Source: Candidatus Latescibacterota bacterium (GTDB taxonomy: Bacteria > Latescibacterota > UBA2968 > UBA8231). From it: a stretch of DNA of 64,000 bases. Each line of letters begins with the position of its first letter. Within the stretch, counting starts at the first letter, position 1. A model generated the notes under the pieces. It did not search any database, was not told where the DNA came from, and saw only the letters and a program-made list of their open reading frames with translations. Positions 18,325 through 29,535 of the stretch are shown piece after piece. Made by a program: the position numbers and the translations under genes. The stretch covers positions 2,912,001-2,976,000 of the forward strand of contig CBDCDC010000002.1 in assembly GCA_965215195.1 (NCBI GenBank), written 5' to 3'.

Positions 18325-19407
18325 ATGCCGGTACAGACGTTGGACGATCTGCTTAAAGAAATCAGAGAAGATTCTAGTATTTCTAACTTGAACGAAGCAG
18401 ATGCCAAAAGAAGGATTATTGAGCGTATCTTGAGTTTGCTTGGTTGGGACATTTACGGCCCTGAGATTAAGGCAGAGTATGGCGTTGGAGAACGAAGAGT
18501 TGATTATGCCTTACAAATCAATGGCGAAAATAAAGTATTTCTTGAAGCGAAGAAACCGGGAGAGAATTTGGACAATCACCAGAAGCAACTCCTCGATTAC
18601 TCCTTTGAGAGAGGTGTTAAGCTAGCTATTTTGACCAACGGAACTGAATGGTGGTTCTATCTTCCATTGAAAGAAGGTGATTGGAACGACCGCCGATTTG
18701 ATACCCTAAACCTTTTGCAACAAGATATAGAGGGTATCACTAAAAAATTCGATCTTCTACTTTCACGACAAAATGTTGATTCTGGAAAAGCGGTTCAACA
18801 CGCCGAGTCTATTTTGGAGAGACGCCAAAAGGAGAAGCTCTTCAGAGAAAGCCTGCCCAAAGCCTGGAATAGGATCATTGAGAATAGTGACCGCGACTCA
18901 TTATTGGTAGATCTACTAAAAGAAACAACGGAGGATATTGGTGGCTTCAGATTAGAGGAGAGTGAAGTTGGGAAAATTTCGCAGTTTATTCGTTCGCATC
19001 AGAAAAAGTGGATACTCTCCCCTGAACAGCAAGGAATAGATCCACCACCAGTAAAGTACGCTAAAGCCAAAACCGGAAACCATGAGAGAGCTCAACAGAT
19101 GCAGATTGACGATAGGCATTATAAATTAGCGTATGCTTTTGAAGTATTGGTAAATACTGCGAACTGGCTTATTGACAAAGGAAACTTGAAATCGTCAGAC
19201 TGTCCTATCGCTGTAACTCGAGGCGACAAACGAGTGTTAATTAATCGCAAACCTGAACATCCATCAGGTCGGGAATTTTTTGCTCCGAAAGAGCTAAAAG
19301 GTGGTCTCTACATTGAGGGGAATGTTGCCCTCAAAGAAGCTATCGAATATTCTAAAAGATTACTTAAAAAATGCGGATGCGATCGAGAAATGCTAAGAGT
19401 TTATTAA
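18325..19407 (+). CDS. HsdR N-terminal (PD-(D/E)XK) domain protein, stand-alone
   Basis: NEADAK..IERILSLLGW, RVDYAL..FLEAKK, QLLDY and ILTNGTEW motifs; AT-rich. Confidence 0.85.
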   Translation: MPVQTLDDLLKEIREDSSISNLNEADAKRRIIERILSLLGWDIYGPEIKAEYGVGERRVDYALQINGENKVFLEAKKPGENLDNHQKQLLDYSFERGVKLAILTNGTEWWFYLPLKEGDWNDRRFDTLNLLQQDIEGITKKFDLLLSRQNVDSGKAVQHAESILERRQKEKLFRESLPKAWNRIIENSDRDSLLVDLLKETTEDIGGFRLEESEVGKISQFIRSHQKKWILSPEQQGIDPPPVKYAKAKTGNHERAQQMQIDDRHYKLAYAFEVLVNTANWLIDKGNLKSSDCPIAVTRGDKRVLINRKPEHPSGREFFAPKELKGGLYIEGNVALKEAIEYSKRLLKKCGCDREMLRVY

Positions 19408-19448
19408 GGGATGCCCCTACATGATGGCGATTATCGCTAGCTCGTCGG

Positions 19449-21848
19449 TTGCAATCGTCAACATCCCCTACCACCCACTCACCCCCTTTTGACGCGCTCA
19501 TGGCACACACCGCAGACCTCACCCCTGTCGAGCGCCGCGCCGTAGCCGCCTCGCCCTTCGACGCGCTCTATCCGCCGACCGAAAAGATCAAAACCATTGT
19601 GGTGGAGAACTTCCCAGGGCTGGGCAAGCTGGCGGCCATGCGCTTCGTCGAATGGGTCCAAGAGCACCCCGAGGGCGTGATCTCGCTGCCAACGGGCAAA
19701 ACCCCGCAGTACTTCATCCGCTGGGTTGAGCGGCTGATGCGGCATTGGGACGAAGCCGAGATCCAGCGCATACTCGCAGAAGCCGGCGTTGATCCGACGC
19801 ACAAACCGGACCTGCGCGGCCTGCACTTCGTGCAGATCGACGAGTTCTATCCAATGGACCCCCAGCAGGACAACAGCTTCTACAGCTATGTAAACCGCTT
19901 CTACATCGATGGCTTTGGGCTCGACCCGGCAAAAGCACTGCTGATCAATTGCGCTGAGATCGGCTTGCGGCCCGGCCAGACCCTGAACGAGGTGTGGCCC
20001 GATGGCGCGGTTGACTTGTCGCTGCGCTACCGGCCCGCCCGCACCTCGTTGGAGCAAGTGCAGCAAGACGCGCTGCAAAGGATTGACCAGTGGTGCTTGG
20101 AATACGAGGAGCAAATCCGCGCCCTTGGCGGCATTGGCTTCTTTTTGGGCGGCATTGGCCCAGACGGGCACATTGGCTTCAACGTGCGCGGCTCAGACCA
20201 CTTCTCGACCACATGGCTGACCGAAGTCAACTACGAGACGCAAGCGGCCGCGGCCGCCGATCTCGGTGGCATGGAGGTAGCGCGCAAGCGGTTGGTCATT
20301 ACCATCGGCCTCGGCACCATCACCGCCCGTCCCGATGCCTGCGCCGTGATTATCGCTGCGGGCGAAGCCAAGGCGGGAATTGTCGCGGCCGCCATTGAGG
20401 AAGCGGCCGACGTGCGCTATCCAGCCTCGGTTCTGCACCGCCTGCCACGTGCGCGATTTTACATTACGCGCGGCGCGGCCAAGTTGCTGCGGGTGCGGCA
20501 GCGAGTGCTTTTGCAGCAGCCGGAGGCCATCGACGACGAAGCAGTGGAAAAGATCGTCGTTGAGCTGGCCGGCAAATTGGGCAAGAAGGTCGTCGATTTG
20601 ACCGCGGCCGAGCTGGAGCAGGATGCGCTAGGCGCGGTGCTTTTGCAGCAACGCACCGAATCGGTTGAGGCCCTGACGCGCATGGTGTGCAACCGCTTGC
20701 TCGGCAAGATCGAGCGGGGCAGCCAAACCCTTTCCGGTACGCGCTTCCTCCACACCGAGCCGCACCACGACGACCTGATGCTGGGCTATCTGCCCTATAT
20801 CGTCCGCCACGTGCGCGACGCCACCAACGTGCATTATTTCGCCTGCTTTACCGGCGGCTTCACCGCGGTGACCAATCGCTTTATCGAGGACCACATTGAG
20901 CGGCTGCGGCGCTTTTTGTCCAGTGCTGCGTGCGCTGCGCTGTGGGCGCAGGGCTACTTTGACCCCAGTTGCGAAAACGGCCGCAACCGCGATGTTTGGC
21001 AGTACCTCGACGGAGTCGCGGCCGCAGACCCGCTCTTGTGCGACGAGGGGGCGGCGCGGCGCTTTTTGCGGAACCTCGTCGCCCTGTACCACGTTGAGGA
21101 CTGCGAGGGGATTGAGGCGCGGTTGGCCGAGTTAGAGGCCTACTTCGCCAGCCATTACCCAGGCCAGAAGGACGCGCCGGAGGTACAGATGCTCAAAAGC
21201 AAATGTCGCGAGTGGGAGGCCGAGTGTCTTTGGGGGTATTTTGGCTGGGACTGCGCCAATGTCAAACACCTGAGCCTCGGCTTTTACACCGGCGACCTCT
21301 TCACCCAAGAGCCGACGCTCGAAGGCGATGTGCCGCCGGTACTCGACCTCCTCAGGCAAGTAGCGCCCGACGTGGTCGGCGTAGCCCTAGACCCGGAGGC
21401 CAGCGGGCCGGACACCCACTACAAGGTGCTACAGGTGATCTCCGAGGCACTCCGCCGCTACGAGCGGCACAGCGGGCGTTCCGATATCAAGGTCTGGGGC
21501 TACCGCAACGTGTGGTACCGCTTTGACCCCAGCGAGGCCGATATTTTCGTGCCGGTTTCGCTCAATATGTTCTCGGTCATGCACAGCGCTTTTATGAACA
21601 CCTTTGTCTCCCAGCGCAGCGCCTCGTTCCCCAGTTACGAGCACGACGGCCCCTTCTCCGAGTTGGCGCAGCAGGTGCAGGTCGATCAGTACCAGAAGAT
21701 CAAAACCTGCCTCGGCCACGAGTGGTTCCACGAACACCCCAGCCCTCTAATCCGCGCCACGCGGGGCCTCGTCTTCCTCAAGGAAATGGATCTGGCCGAA
21801 TTCTACGAGCGCAGCCGAGCACTCAAACAGGCGGCCGAAAACCGCTGA
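19449..21848 (+). CDS. nagB: Glucosamine-6-phosphate deaminase fused to a PIG-L-like domain
   Basis: LPTGKTP, IDEFYP and GGIGPDGHIGFN; C-terminal EPHHDD and DPEASGPDTH. Confidence 0.85.
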   Translation: MQSSTSPTTHSPPFDALMAHTADLTPVERRAVAASPFDALYPPTEKIKTIVVENFPGLGKLAAMRFVEWVQEHPEGVISLPTGKTPQYFIRWVERLMRHWDEAEIQRILAEAGVDPTHKPDLRGLHFVQIDEFYPMDPQQDNSFYSYVNRFYIDGFGLDPAKALLINCAEIGLRPGQTLNEVWPDGAVDLSLRYRPARTSLEQVQQDALQRIDQWCLEYEEQIRALGGIGFFLGGIGPDGHIGFNVRGSDHFSTTWLTEVNYETQAAAAADLGGMEVARKRLVITIGLGTITARPDACAVIIAAGEAKAGIVAAAIEEAADVRYPASVLHRLPRARFYITRGAAKLLRVRQRVLLQQPEAIDDEAVEKIVVELAGKLGKKVVDLTAAELEQDALGAVLLQQRTESVEALTRMVCNRLLGKIERGSQTLSGTRFLHTEPHHDDLMLGYLPYIVRHVRDATNVHYFACFTGGFTAVTNRFIEDHIERLRRFLSSAACAALWAQGYFDPSCENGRNRDVWQYLDGVAAADPLLCDEGAARRFLRNLVALYHVEDCEGIEARLAELEAYFASHYPGQKDAPEVQMLKSKCREWEAECLWGYFGWDCANVKHLSLGFYTGDLFTQEPTLEGDVPPVLDLLRQVAPDVVGVALDPEASGPDTHYKVLQVISEALRRYERHSGRSDIKVWGYRNVWYRFDPSEADIFVPVSLNMFSVMHSAFMNTFVSQRSASFPSYEHDGPFSELAQQVQVDQYQKIKTCLGHEWFHEHPSPLIRATRGLVFLKEMDLAEFYERSRALKQAAENR

Positions 21849-21862
21849 GAAAGGAACCGATA

Positions 21863-22366
21863 ATGTTCAGCGAAAAAATACAACAAGCCCTCAACGATCA
21901 GCTTAACGCCGAATTTTTCTCGGCCTATACGTACCTGTCGCTGGCAGCCTACTTTGAGGACCTCGACCTCAATGGTTTTGCCCATTGGATGAAGATCCAG
22001 TACCAAGAGGAGTTAATGCACGCGGAAAAGATCTACGCCTTCATCAACGACCGCGACGGCCGCGTGCGCTTGCAGGCCCTCGCCGCACCGCACAGCGAAT
22101 GGGACTCGCCGCTAGACGCCTTCAAGTGCGCCTTGCAAAGCGAGCGGGCTTTGAGCGAGAAAATCTATGCGGTAGTAGATGAGGCCCTCGCCGAGCGCGA
22201 CCACGCCACGCACACTTTTATGCAGTGGTTTGTCAACGAGCAGGTGGAGGAGGAAGCCATCGTCCGCAATATCGTCAGCGATATGGAGCTGATTATCGAA
22301 AGCCGCGACGGGCTTTTTCTGATGGATCGGGACCTAGCGGGAAGGAGGCCGCAGGGCGAGGAATAA
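21863..22366 (+). CDS. ftnA: Non-heme ferritin
   Basis: LNDQLNAEFFSAY, EELMHA and QWFVNEQVEEE motifs. Confidence 0.93.
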   Translation: MFSEKIQQALNDQLNAEFFSAYTYLSLAAYFEDLDLNGFAHWMKIQYQEELMHAEKIYAFINDRDGRVRLQALAAPHSEWDSPLDAFKCALQSERALSEKIYAVVDEALAERDHATHTFMQWFVNEQVEEEAIVRNIVSDMELIIESRDGLFLMDRDLAGRRPQGEE

Positions 22367-22399
22367 AACGAGACCGGCGTCGCTGGCAATCGCCGTGCG

Positions 22400-23317
22400 C
22401 TACGGTCGCGGCAGGACGACAAACCCCACTGAATCCACCGACGCCGAACCAAACAGCCCGATACCCCCGTCCACCTGAAAGAACGGCCGCTCGAAATTGT
22501 CGCCGGCCATCCCCCCAAAGCCGCCCTGTTCCTGCTGGTCGGGGCTGGAGCGGGCGTACTCGAACCAGTTGTGATCGAGTGCGTACACTTTTATTAGCGA
22601 ACGCCCAGTATAAACTACGGCGAACCACGGCCAGCGCACGATTCCGTCGCTGGCGGCGAAGGGGGGCGATTGGTTGGCCCGCAAGTCCTCCGGGGTCCGG
22701 TCGTATATCTCTGGGAGATCCTTGTAGAGCAATTGCGCGTCCTCTGCCAAGGTGAAGAGCGCCGCTTGGTAGGCTTCCCCCGCCTTTTCCAAGTGGAGTT
22801 CGATTATGCCCTCCAGATGAGTAAGCTGATTCTCCGGTGCCGTGTACACCTCGTCCCCAAGCTCGGCAAATGACTTGAGGGTTCGCACAATTTCTTCGGT
22901 GTCTTCGTCCAATAAAACCGCTTGGCGCACCCCCAGTTGTTCGGGCGTGGTGGTGCTCGCCCGGACCGTCTTTCCCTCGACTTCTACTTCTAGCCGGTAC
23001 TCGGTCAGGGGTTCCACTTGGGGGGGCTCTGATGGTGGCAGATAGCGGCCGGGCGTGGCCGGGTCGGGTGCGTACTCGAAGCTCTGGTCTCCCCGGAAGA
23101 TGTGCACCCGGGCGTTAGACACCCCCACCGCATCCCGACTGTAGACTTGGCCGGGAGGCAAGGTGCGGCGCACGAACAATTCGGGTAGGGGCCGATCCAC
23201 TAGCAGAATCCCGTCCACCACCAGCTCGTTACCTTCTTCTACCGAGCCGAAGAGATCGCCTGGCTGGCGCTCGGCAGCGCAGGCTGTCAGGCACAGGACG
23301 ATGAGCAAATAGCGCAC
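22400..23317 (-). CDS. DUF4249-like lipoprotein partner of the TonB receptor
   Basis: LTAC lipobox; LVVDGIL; C-terminal VDGGIGLFGSAS. Confidence 0.75.
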   Translation of the reverse strand: MRYLLIVLCLTACAAERQPGDLFGSVEEGNELVVDGILLVDRPLPELFVRRTLPPGQVYSRDAVGVSNARVHIFRGDQSFEYAPDPATPGRYLPPSEPPQVEPLTEYRLEVEVEGKTVRASTTTPEQLGVRQAVLLDEDTEEIVRTLKSFAELGDEVYTAPENQLTHLEGIIELHLEKAGEAYQAALFTLAEDAQLLYKDLPEIYDRTPEDLRANQSPPFAASDGIVRWPWFAVVYTGRSLIKVYALDHNWFEYARSSPDQQEQGGFGGMAGDNFERPFFQVDGGIGLFGSASVDSVGFVVLPRP

Positions 23318-23327
23318 GATTTCCTCC

Positions 23328-25586
23328 TCAAAACGAAAAATTGAAGCCCAGCGTCGGCACGATGGGCAGTTGCTTGATCACCTCTGGCTCGGTCTCGGGC
23401 TTGTTCGTGTCGAACTCCACGAACCACTCGTTGCGCCGGCTGTAGAGATTGAAAATTTGCAAGTAGAACTCGACATCGAGGCTCCACAGCCCAAACTCGC
23501 GGCTGGCGCTGGCATCGAGACGGTGATAGGGCAGTAGGCGGGCGCTGTTGCGAGAGGCTGGTAGCACGTAGTCTTGCACCGATCCGGTGGCTGGCTCGCG
23601 CAGGGAATAGCGGGCCGAGGCCGGGGTGAAGGACTGTCCGGTGGCGTATACAAGGTTCGAGCCAAGACGCCATTTCCCCGCTTGGTACGAGACCACGAAA
23701 GACAGGTCGTGGCGGCGGTCGTACTTGGCGGGGAAGGCGCGCCCGCGGTTCAGTTCGGAGAAGGTGCGCCGCGTCCAGCCCAGCGTATAGCCCACCCAGC
23801 CGGTGAGTGCCCCGGTGCGCCGCTGCAAAAAGACTTCGACTCCGCTGGCCCAGCCGCTACCCCCGCTTTTGAATATGTCATCCGAGCGCGTGCCTTCGCT
23901 ATCGACGGCCACCGCGTTGTCCAGCACCACCAGATTGGCCAAGTCGGTGTAGTAGGCCTCCACGGAGAGCTGGTAGCGCCGCGAGGGATTCCACTCAGTG
24001 CCTATCACCCCCTGATACGAGCGGCCCGGCTCAACGCTATTGTCGAGCGGCACCCAGAAATCGCCGCCGCTAAAGGCTTCGGTGGTGATCAGTTGCAGGT
24101 ACTGGCGGTACATTCCAGCGGCGGCCTTGACGCGGATTTTTTCGCTGAGGGCGCGGCTGAGGGACAGCCGCGGCGCAAAGTGCAGGCGATCCCCAACGCT
24201 GAAATAAGTGCCCCGTCCTCCGAGCCGCAGCCGCGTGGTGGGCCCGGCCTGCCACTCGTCTTGGACGTAGGCCGAGGCCAGCACTGACTTCTGGTACAAG
24301 GACTGCTCTTCTTGATTGAAGGACTGGGAATAGTCGAACTCAAACAGGGTTGCCAAAAAGCCGAGGGTGAGGGTGTGATCGCGGTTGGCGAAGTAATCCA
24401 CGTCGCCCTTGAGCGACCAATCGCGGATGCTGTTGGTAACGCCGAAAGGCGTGCCGAAGAAGCTGAATAAGAGGGTGTTTTCGTACGACGAGCCGGCCGC
24501 CATGAAGTGCCCGAACAGGGTCGGCGAAAACACCCGCGTCCAGCGCGCGGTCAGGGTGCGGTTGCCCCAGCGCATGTCGACGAAAGACTCATTCTCGTAC
24601 TCATCCTCGTCTTGTAAATCGACCCACAGATCATCTTGGCCCCAGTACGTGCTCACCGTAAAGGTGTCGTCGCCCCACCGCTGGTTGACTTTGCCGTTGA
24701 AGTCGTAGAAGTAATAGTTCAAGGGGATGTCCACCCCACGAGAGCGAATGGCGCTGAGCACGGGTTCCAAGTAGGTGCGGCGGCCGGCCAGCATCCACGA
24801 CCCTTGCCCCACCGGCCCTTCGGCCAGCAAGCGGCTCGCGATTAAGCTGATACCGCCGCGGCCGCTGAAGCGCTGTCGGTTGCCCTCGCGGTTGCTCACG
24901 TCGAGTACCGCCCCGAGCGTGCGGCCGTACGCGGCCGGATAGGCCCCTTTGTAGAGCTGGACGTCCTTGATGGCGTCTGGGTTGAAGGTCGAGAAGAAGC
25001 CGAACAGGTGCGAGGGGTTGTATAGGGGGATGTGGTCGAGGAGGATGGCCGTCTGGTCGGGGCCGCCACCGCGCACGTACAGGCCGCTGCTGACATCCGA
25101 CGCCGACTGGATGCCCGGCAGCAGTTGCAAGCTGCGGAGGAGATCGGCCTCGCCAATGGCCGGCATTTGCTGCAACGGCTCAACTTGCAGGGCGATAAAG
25201 CTGCTCTGGGTGGCCTGCTCCAGCGCTTCGCGGCGCTCGGCCTCCACCACGACCTCTTCGCCAAGGTCCACTGGCTTGGGCACCAGCGCCACGTCGAACC
25301 GCACGGCCTCGTCGGCACCAAAGCGCAGCGTGTCCCACCGGGTGTGATAGCCTATGTGCGACGCGCTCACCACATGCGTACCGGCCGGCACTTGCTTGAC
25401 TGCGTAGTAGCCGCTGTTGTTGCTGACTGCCCCGAGCTGAAGCCCCTCCACCACAATAGCGGCCAAGATCAGGGCTTCGCCGTTGTCGGCATCGGTGACA
25501 AAGCCGCTCAAAGTGGCAGCCAAGGTCTGAGTCGCCAAAGGCATGGCCACCAATAAAGCCCCCAGCCAATGTCTAAGAAATGTCAT
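23328..25586 (-). CDS. TonB-dependent receptor with carboxypeptidase-regulatory-like N-domain
   Basis: LSGFVTDADNGEAL; plug GEADLLRSLQLLPG..LYVRGG; ends PTLGFNFSF. Confidence 0.92.
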   Translation of the reverse strand: MTFLRHWLGALLVAMPLATQTLAATLSGFVTDADNGEALILAAIVVEGLQLGAVSNNSGYYAVKQVPAGTHVVSASHIGYHTRWDTLRFGADEAVRFDVALVPKPVDLGEEVVVEAERREALEQATQSSFIALQVEPLQQMPAIGEADLLRSLQLLPGIQSASDVSSGLYVRGGGPDQTAILLDHIPLYNPSHLFGFFSTFNPDAIKDVQLYKGAYPAAYGRTLGAVLDVSNREGNRQRFSGRGGISLIASRLLAEGPVGQGSWMLAGRRTYLEPVLSAIRSRGVDIPLNYYFYDFNGKVNQRWGDDTFTVSTYWGQDDLWVDLQDEDEYENESFVDMRWGNRTLTARWTRVFSPTLFGHFMAAGSSYENTLLFSFFGTPFGVTNSIRDWSLKGDVDYFANRDHTLTLGFLATLFEFDYSQSFNQEEQSLYQKSVLASAYVQDEWQAGPTTRLRLGGRGTYFSVGDRLHFAPRLSLSRALSEKIRVKAAAGMYRQYLQLITTEAFSGGDFWVPLDNSVEPGRSYQGVIGTEWNPSRRYQLSVEAYYTDLANLVVLDNAVAVDSEGTRSDDIFKSGGSGWASGVEVFLQRRTGALTGWVGYTLGWTRRTFSELNRGRAFPAKYDRRHDLSFVVSYQAGKWRLGSNLVYATGQSFTPASARYSLREPATGSVQDYVLPASRNSARLLPYHRLDASASREFGLWSLDVEFYLQIFNLYSRRNEWFVEFDTNKPETEPEVIKQLPIVPTLGFNFSF

Positions 25587-25630
25587 GCGCTCTCCGTTTG
25601 AAACAATAAATGCGACGCGTACCATGCCCT

Positions 25631-26710
25631 TTAACCCCCTAAACCCGCTCTGCTGCTACCTCTCCGCTTAAAACGATAGTGCGACACCCACCACTCCTGC
25701 CCGCTGTTGTAGCCCCACAATTCGGCGCAGGCCATAAAGAACATACGCCAGCGCTGTAACCAACGCTGCTTTGCGGCTGCTCCGTACTGGCGTTCCAAAA
25801 TGGCGAGGGCATCCCAGTGCCGGGCGTCGAGATTGGCCAGCCAATGCTCGGCCGTGCGGGCGTAATGCCGGCCATCAACCCGCCATTGTGCCTCTAGGAC
25901 TAGATCGTCTTGGAAGTAGTGCAGCAGATCGTCGGAGGGCATGATGCCGCCAGTAAAAAAGTAACGCCCCATCCAGTTTTTCTCACCCTCGGCGACAAAG
26001 GAGTACGCGTAGAGGCGATGGACGAAGAGGTGGATGAATAGCGAGCCAGCCGGTTTGAGCCAGCCGGCGATGCGCCGCATTAACTCGCGGTAATTGCACA
26101 TGTGCTCGAACATTTCCACCGATACCACCCGGTCGTAGCGTCTCGGGGCCGCGAACTCGTTCATGTCAGCGGTGATTACCTCGACGTTGTCCAACGCTAG
26201 GGCTTGGCAGTGCCCTTCGATAAAGTCGCGCTGCAACGTTGAATTGGACACGGCGGTGATGCGGCTACCGGGATAATGCTGCGCCATCCACAGGGTCAGC
26301 GAGCCCCAACCACAGCCTAGTTCCAGCACTTCTTGGCCGTCTTGCAAATCGGCGCGCTGACAGGTCAGTTCCAGCATGGCCGCTTCGGCTTGGTCTAGGC
26401 TGGCCGTGTCCGCAGGGAAGTAACAGCTACTGTACTTGAGATGACGGCCCAAGACCAGTTGGAAAAACTCGGGCGGGAGCTCGTAGTGCTGCTCGTTGGC
26501 ACTCTGCGTATGCCGGGCGATGGGCGCCTGATTCATCGAGGCGATGAAGCGGCATTTGGCCGCCTGCTCGGCCTCGCAGTCGGCGCCTCGCTCTTGCCGC
26601 AGACGTTCGCGATTGAGGCGGCGAATGCCCCAGCGGATAAGGGCATCGGGCAACAGGCCCCGCTCGGCCCAAGCGATCGCGTTCAAGGACGTTCCCTGCG
26701 GGGAAACCAC
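25631..26710 (-). CDS. SAM-dependent methyltransferase (CFA-synthase/CNMT-like)
   Basis: [24 protein letters not shown] and SVEMFEH motifs. Confidence 0.9.
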   Translation of the reverse strand: MVSPQGTSLNAIAWAERGLLPDALIRWGIRRLNRERLRQERGADCEAEQAAKCRFIASMNQAPIARHTQSANEQHYELPPEFFQLVLGRHLKYSSCYFPADTASLDQAEAAMLELTCQRADLQDGQEVLELGCGWGSLTLWMAQHYPGSRITAVSNSTLQRDFIEGHCQALALDNVEVITADMNEFAAPRRYDRVVSVEMFEHMCNYRELMRRIAGWLKPAGSLFIHLFVHRLYAYSFVAEGEKNWMGRYFFTGGIMPSDDLLHYFQDDLVLEAQWRVDGRHYARTAEHWLANLDARHWDALAILERQYGAAAKQRWLQRWRMFFMACAELWGYNSGQEWWVSHYRFKRRGSSRAGLGG

Positions 26711-27471
26711 GGAATAAAGGGACTGGTGGTGCGCTGATAGCGGCGGTAGTCCTCGCCGCGGCTGACTAGGGCCCGCTTTTCAGCGTAGGGGATACCCGTC
26801 ACGCGGCACAGCAGAAACAACATCAGCCCCGGCCCGATCCAAGCCAACCACCCGCTCGCAGACCCGATCGCCATGACTGGGTAGGCCCACCAGTGGATCC
26901 ATTCAAAAAAATAGTTGGGATGGCGCGAATAGCGCCACAGGCCGCGATCGCAGGTGCGTTCGCGGTTAGCGGCTTGGCCGCGAAAGGCCGCCAATTGGCG
27001 GTCCGCCACCCATTCGCCGACCACGGCTACTGTCCAGACCAGCAGACCAGCGACGTCCCAAGCAGTCCAGCCCACCTGAGCTTTGGCCGCCACGGCGACA
27101 AAAGGCAGACCGAATAAGACTATCAGCAGGGCCTGCGCTTGGAATAGGTAGAAAAAGTGCCGCTGGGCCTTGGCACCCCAGTGGGCCCGCAGCATTTGGT
27201 AGCGGCCGTCCTCTTGCGCGGCCCGTACTAGCCGATCCATTAGCAGATAAGCGGTCAGGCGGAAGGACCACACCGCGCCCATTATACCAAGCAAAAGCCG
27301 CCGCGGCTGCCAGCCGTCCCCGCTGTAGGCTGCGGCCACGGCCACCAGCCCAATGCCAGCAGCCCAGCCCACGTCAACGACGCCGGCATCGCCCCGACGC
27401 CGCTGTAGCCAATACAGCGCGGCCATGCTCGCCATGGCTACCGGCAGACTATAGGCCAATATGCTCAACAC
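26683..27471 (-). CDS. DUF1295 (steroid 5-alpha-reductase-like) membrane protein
   Basis: EDGRY, ADRQL and [14 protein letters not shown] motifs. Confidence 0.92.
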   Translation of the reverse strand: MLSILAYSLPVAMASMAALYWLQRRRGDAGVVDVGWAAGIGLVAVAAAYSGDGWQPRRLLLGIMGAVWSFRLTAYLLMDRLVRAAQEDGRYQMLRAHWGAKAQRHFFYLFQAQALLIVLFGLPFVAVAAKAQVGWTAWDVAGLLVWTVAVVGEWVADRQLAAFRGQAANRERTCDRGLWRYSRHPNYFFEWIHWWAYPVMAIGSASGWLAWIGPGLMLFLLCRVTGIPYAEKRALVSRGEDYRRYQRTTSPFIPWFPRRERP

Positions 27472-27476
27472 GCGCC

Positions 27477-28769
27477 CTAAATCTGACCGTGACCAATCTC
27501 GGGCAACTGCGCCGAGCGCCGGTTGGCCGGACGGGCCAAGAGCATTTGCACATCGGATATGTAGCGCTCTTCAAAGCCGCCGATGCAATACGAAAAATAG
27601 AAGTCCCACATGCGGATAAATTCCTCGGTAAAGCCTAGCTGCCGCACTTGTTCCTCTGCGTCCCCAAAACGCGCCCGCCAAGCCCGCAAGGTGCGGGCGT
27701 AGTGCGGACCAATGTCCTCCAAGTGTACCAAGCGCATATCCGTGGCCGCCGCCAGCGAGCGGCTGATGGCCGCCACCGACGGAATGCAGCTACCCGGAAA
27801 GACATAGGCCTTGATGAAATCGACCGAGCGACGCGCCCGTTCGTAGGCCCAATCGCCAATGACGATGGCCTGTAACAGCATCAGTCCCTCGGGCTTGAGC
27901 AGGTGGGCACAACAGCCGAAATAGGTGTCGAAGTAGTGATGGCCCACGGCTTCAATCATCTCTATGGAGACCAGTTTGTCGTACTGACCCTGCAGATCGC
28001 GGTAGTCCGCCAACACCACTTCCACCCGGCCATCCAAGCCGGCCGCGCGCACTCGTCGACGAGCTAGTTCGTACTGTTGCTGCGAAATGGTCGCCGTGGT
28101 CACCCGGCAGCCGTACTGGCGAGCCGCGTACAAGGCGAAGCCGCCCCATCCGGCCCCGATTTCCAACAGATGGTCCTCGGGCACTAGGGCGAGCTTTTTG
28201 CAGATGCGATCCACTTTGTAGCGGGATGCCTCTTCCAGCGAACTGTCTGGGCGTGGGAATACGGCGCTGGAATACATCATGTCGTCGTCGAGGAAGAGGC
28301 GGAAAAAGTCGTTGCTCAAGTCGTAGTGGGCGGCGATGTTGCGCCGGCTACCCCGGAGCGTATTGCGCTTGAGGGCGTGCCCCAACATGCGGGCCGGCGC
28401 GGCCAACCGGGCCCAACCTCGCTCGCGCTGCTGCATCCACTCCATATTGGCTACTGCCAAGCGGCACATCGCCGGCAGATCGTCGCAGCTCCACCACCCT
28501 TGCATGTAGGCTTCTGCTGCGCCGATGGTGCCCCCGAGGGCCAAGGTGCGGAAGAACCGCGGATGGTGAACCTGCAAAACCACTTGGGGACCGTCTGCGC
28601 CCCGCCCGAAAGTGCGGTGCTGTTCGCCTTCGACTAGGCAAATCGCCCCGCGCTGCAAGCGCCGCAGTTGCCTCAACACGAATCGCCGCGCCCAGCGCTC
28701 TGGCCAGCCGCCGAGGTCGGTGGGCCGTTTTTTAACTGCGGGGGAGAGAGCCACTTGCGCCATAGTCAT
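27477..28769 (-). CDS. cfa: Cyclopropane-fatty-acyl-phospholipid synthase family methyltransferase (UfaM-like)
   Basis: [26 protein letters not shown] and SIEMIEAVG motifs. Confidence 0.9.
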   Translation of the reverse strand: MTMAQVALSPAVKKRPTDLGGWPERWARRFVLRQLRRLQRGAICLVEGEQHRTFGRGADGPQVVLQVHHPRFFRTLALGGTIGAAEAYMQGWWSCDDLPAMCRLAVANMEWMQQRERGWARLAAPARMLGHALKRNTLRGSRRNIAAHYDLSNDFFRLFLDDDMMYSSAVFPRPDSSLEEASRYKVDRICKKLALVPEDHLLEIGAGWGGFALYAARQYGCRVTTATISQQQYELARRRVRAAGLDGRVEVVLADYRDLQGQYDKLVSIEMIEAVGHHYFDTYFGCCAHLLKPEGLMLLQAIVIGDWAYERARRSVDFIKAYVFPGSCIPSVAAISRSLAAATDMRLVHLEDIGPHYARTLRAWRARFGDAEEQVRQLGFTEEFIRMWDFYFSYCIGGFEERYISDVQMLLARPANRRSAQLPEIGHGQI

Positions 28770-29535
28770 TTTCCTTTGTCGACGACTTGGGATGAGGGTA
28801 GAACGGACAGCGCTTGAGCCACAGCTTTAGAGCCTGCCAGTGAATGGCGCCAATGATTTTTGTCGTTATCAGCGGATACTGCACCAGTACCCGCGCCAGC
28901 GCGGCCGCGCTTATTTTGCGCCGCTGTAGTACCAGCGTGGCGTCGAATAAATGACTGCCATCCTGCCAATTATCCATGTGTACTGCCAGCGTGCGCTGTG
29001 GCATCGTAAAGCGCCAAGTGTAGTCCTGCTGCATGGCCATGAAGGGCGAAACGTGGAAGGACTTGGAGAATTGGTAGCACTTGTGCGCTCCGCGGCCGCG
29101 GTCGAGACCTTGGTGCAAGACGTAGCAGTGCTGTTCGCCCCAAGGGGTATTATTTACCTCTCCGACCACGGTCTCGACGCGCCTATCGGCGTGGTCGAAG
29201 CAATAGTAAAAGCTGACGGGGTTGAAGCCGTATCCGCCGTAGCGCAGGTGGGTCAGCAGGCGGATCGGCCCGTCGGGATAGCGTCCGCTCTCGTCTTTGA
29301 CCAATTGCCGCACGCAGTCTTGTAGAGGATGCTGCGGCGCACCCAAGTGATCGGCGCGCCGGAAATAGGCCACATTAGGCCGCTCCGACGACCACAGCCA
29401 ATGCCCGTCGAACACGTTGGGCAATTCGGCTAAATCGAGGTACATCATAAAGAGTCGGTACTCAAAGGCGTGGACCACCGGCGCAAAGCGGCGATGCCGC
29501 ACCCATCCTTCGTATATGCAGCTATGCTGGTTCAC
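28732..29535 (-). CDS. DUF1365 family protein (UfaO-like)
   Basis: [28 protein letters not shown] and KSFHVSPFM; GTGA overlap with the upstream gene. Confidence 0.92.
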   Translation of the reverse strand: MNQHSCIYEGWVRHRRFAPVVHAFEYRLFMMYLDLAELPNVFDGHWLWSSERPNVAYFRRADHLGAPQHPLQDCVRQLVKDESGRYPDGPIRLLTHLRYGGYGFNPVSFYYCFDHADRRVETVVGEVNNTPWGEQHCYVLHQGLDRGRGAHKCYQFSKSFHVSPFMAMQQDYTWRFTMPQRTLAVHMDNWQDGSHLFDATLVLQRRKISAAALARVLVQYPLITTKIIGAIHWQALKLWLKRCPFYPHPKSSTKENDYGASGSLPRS

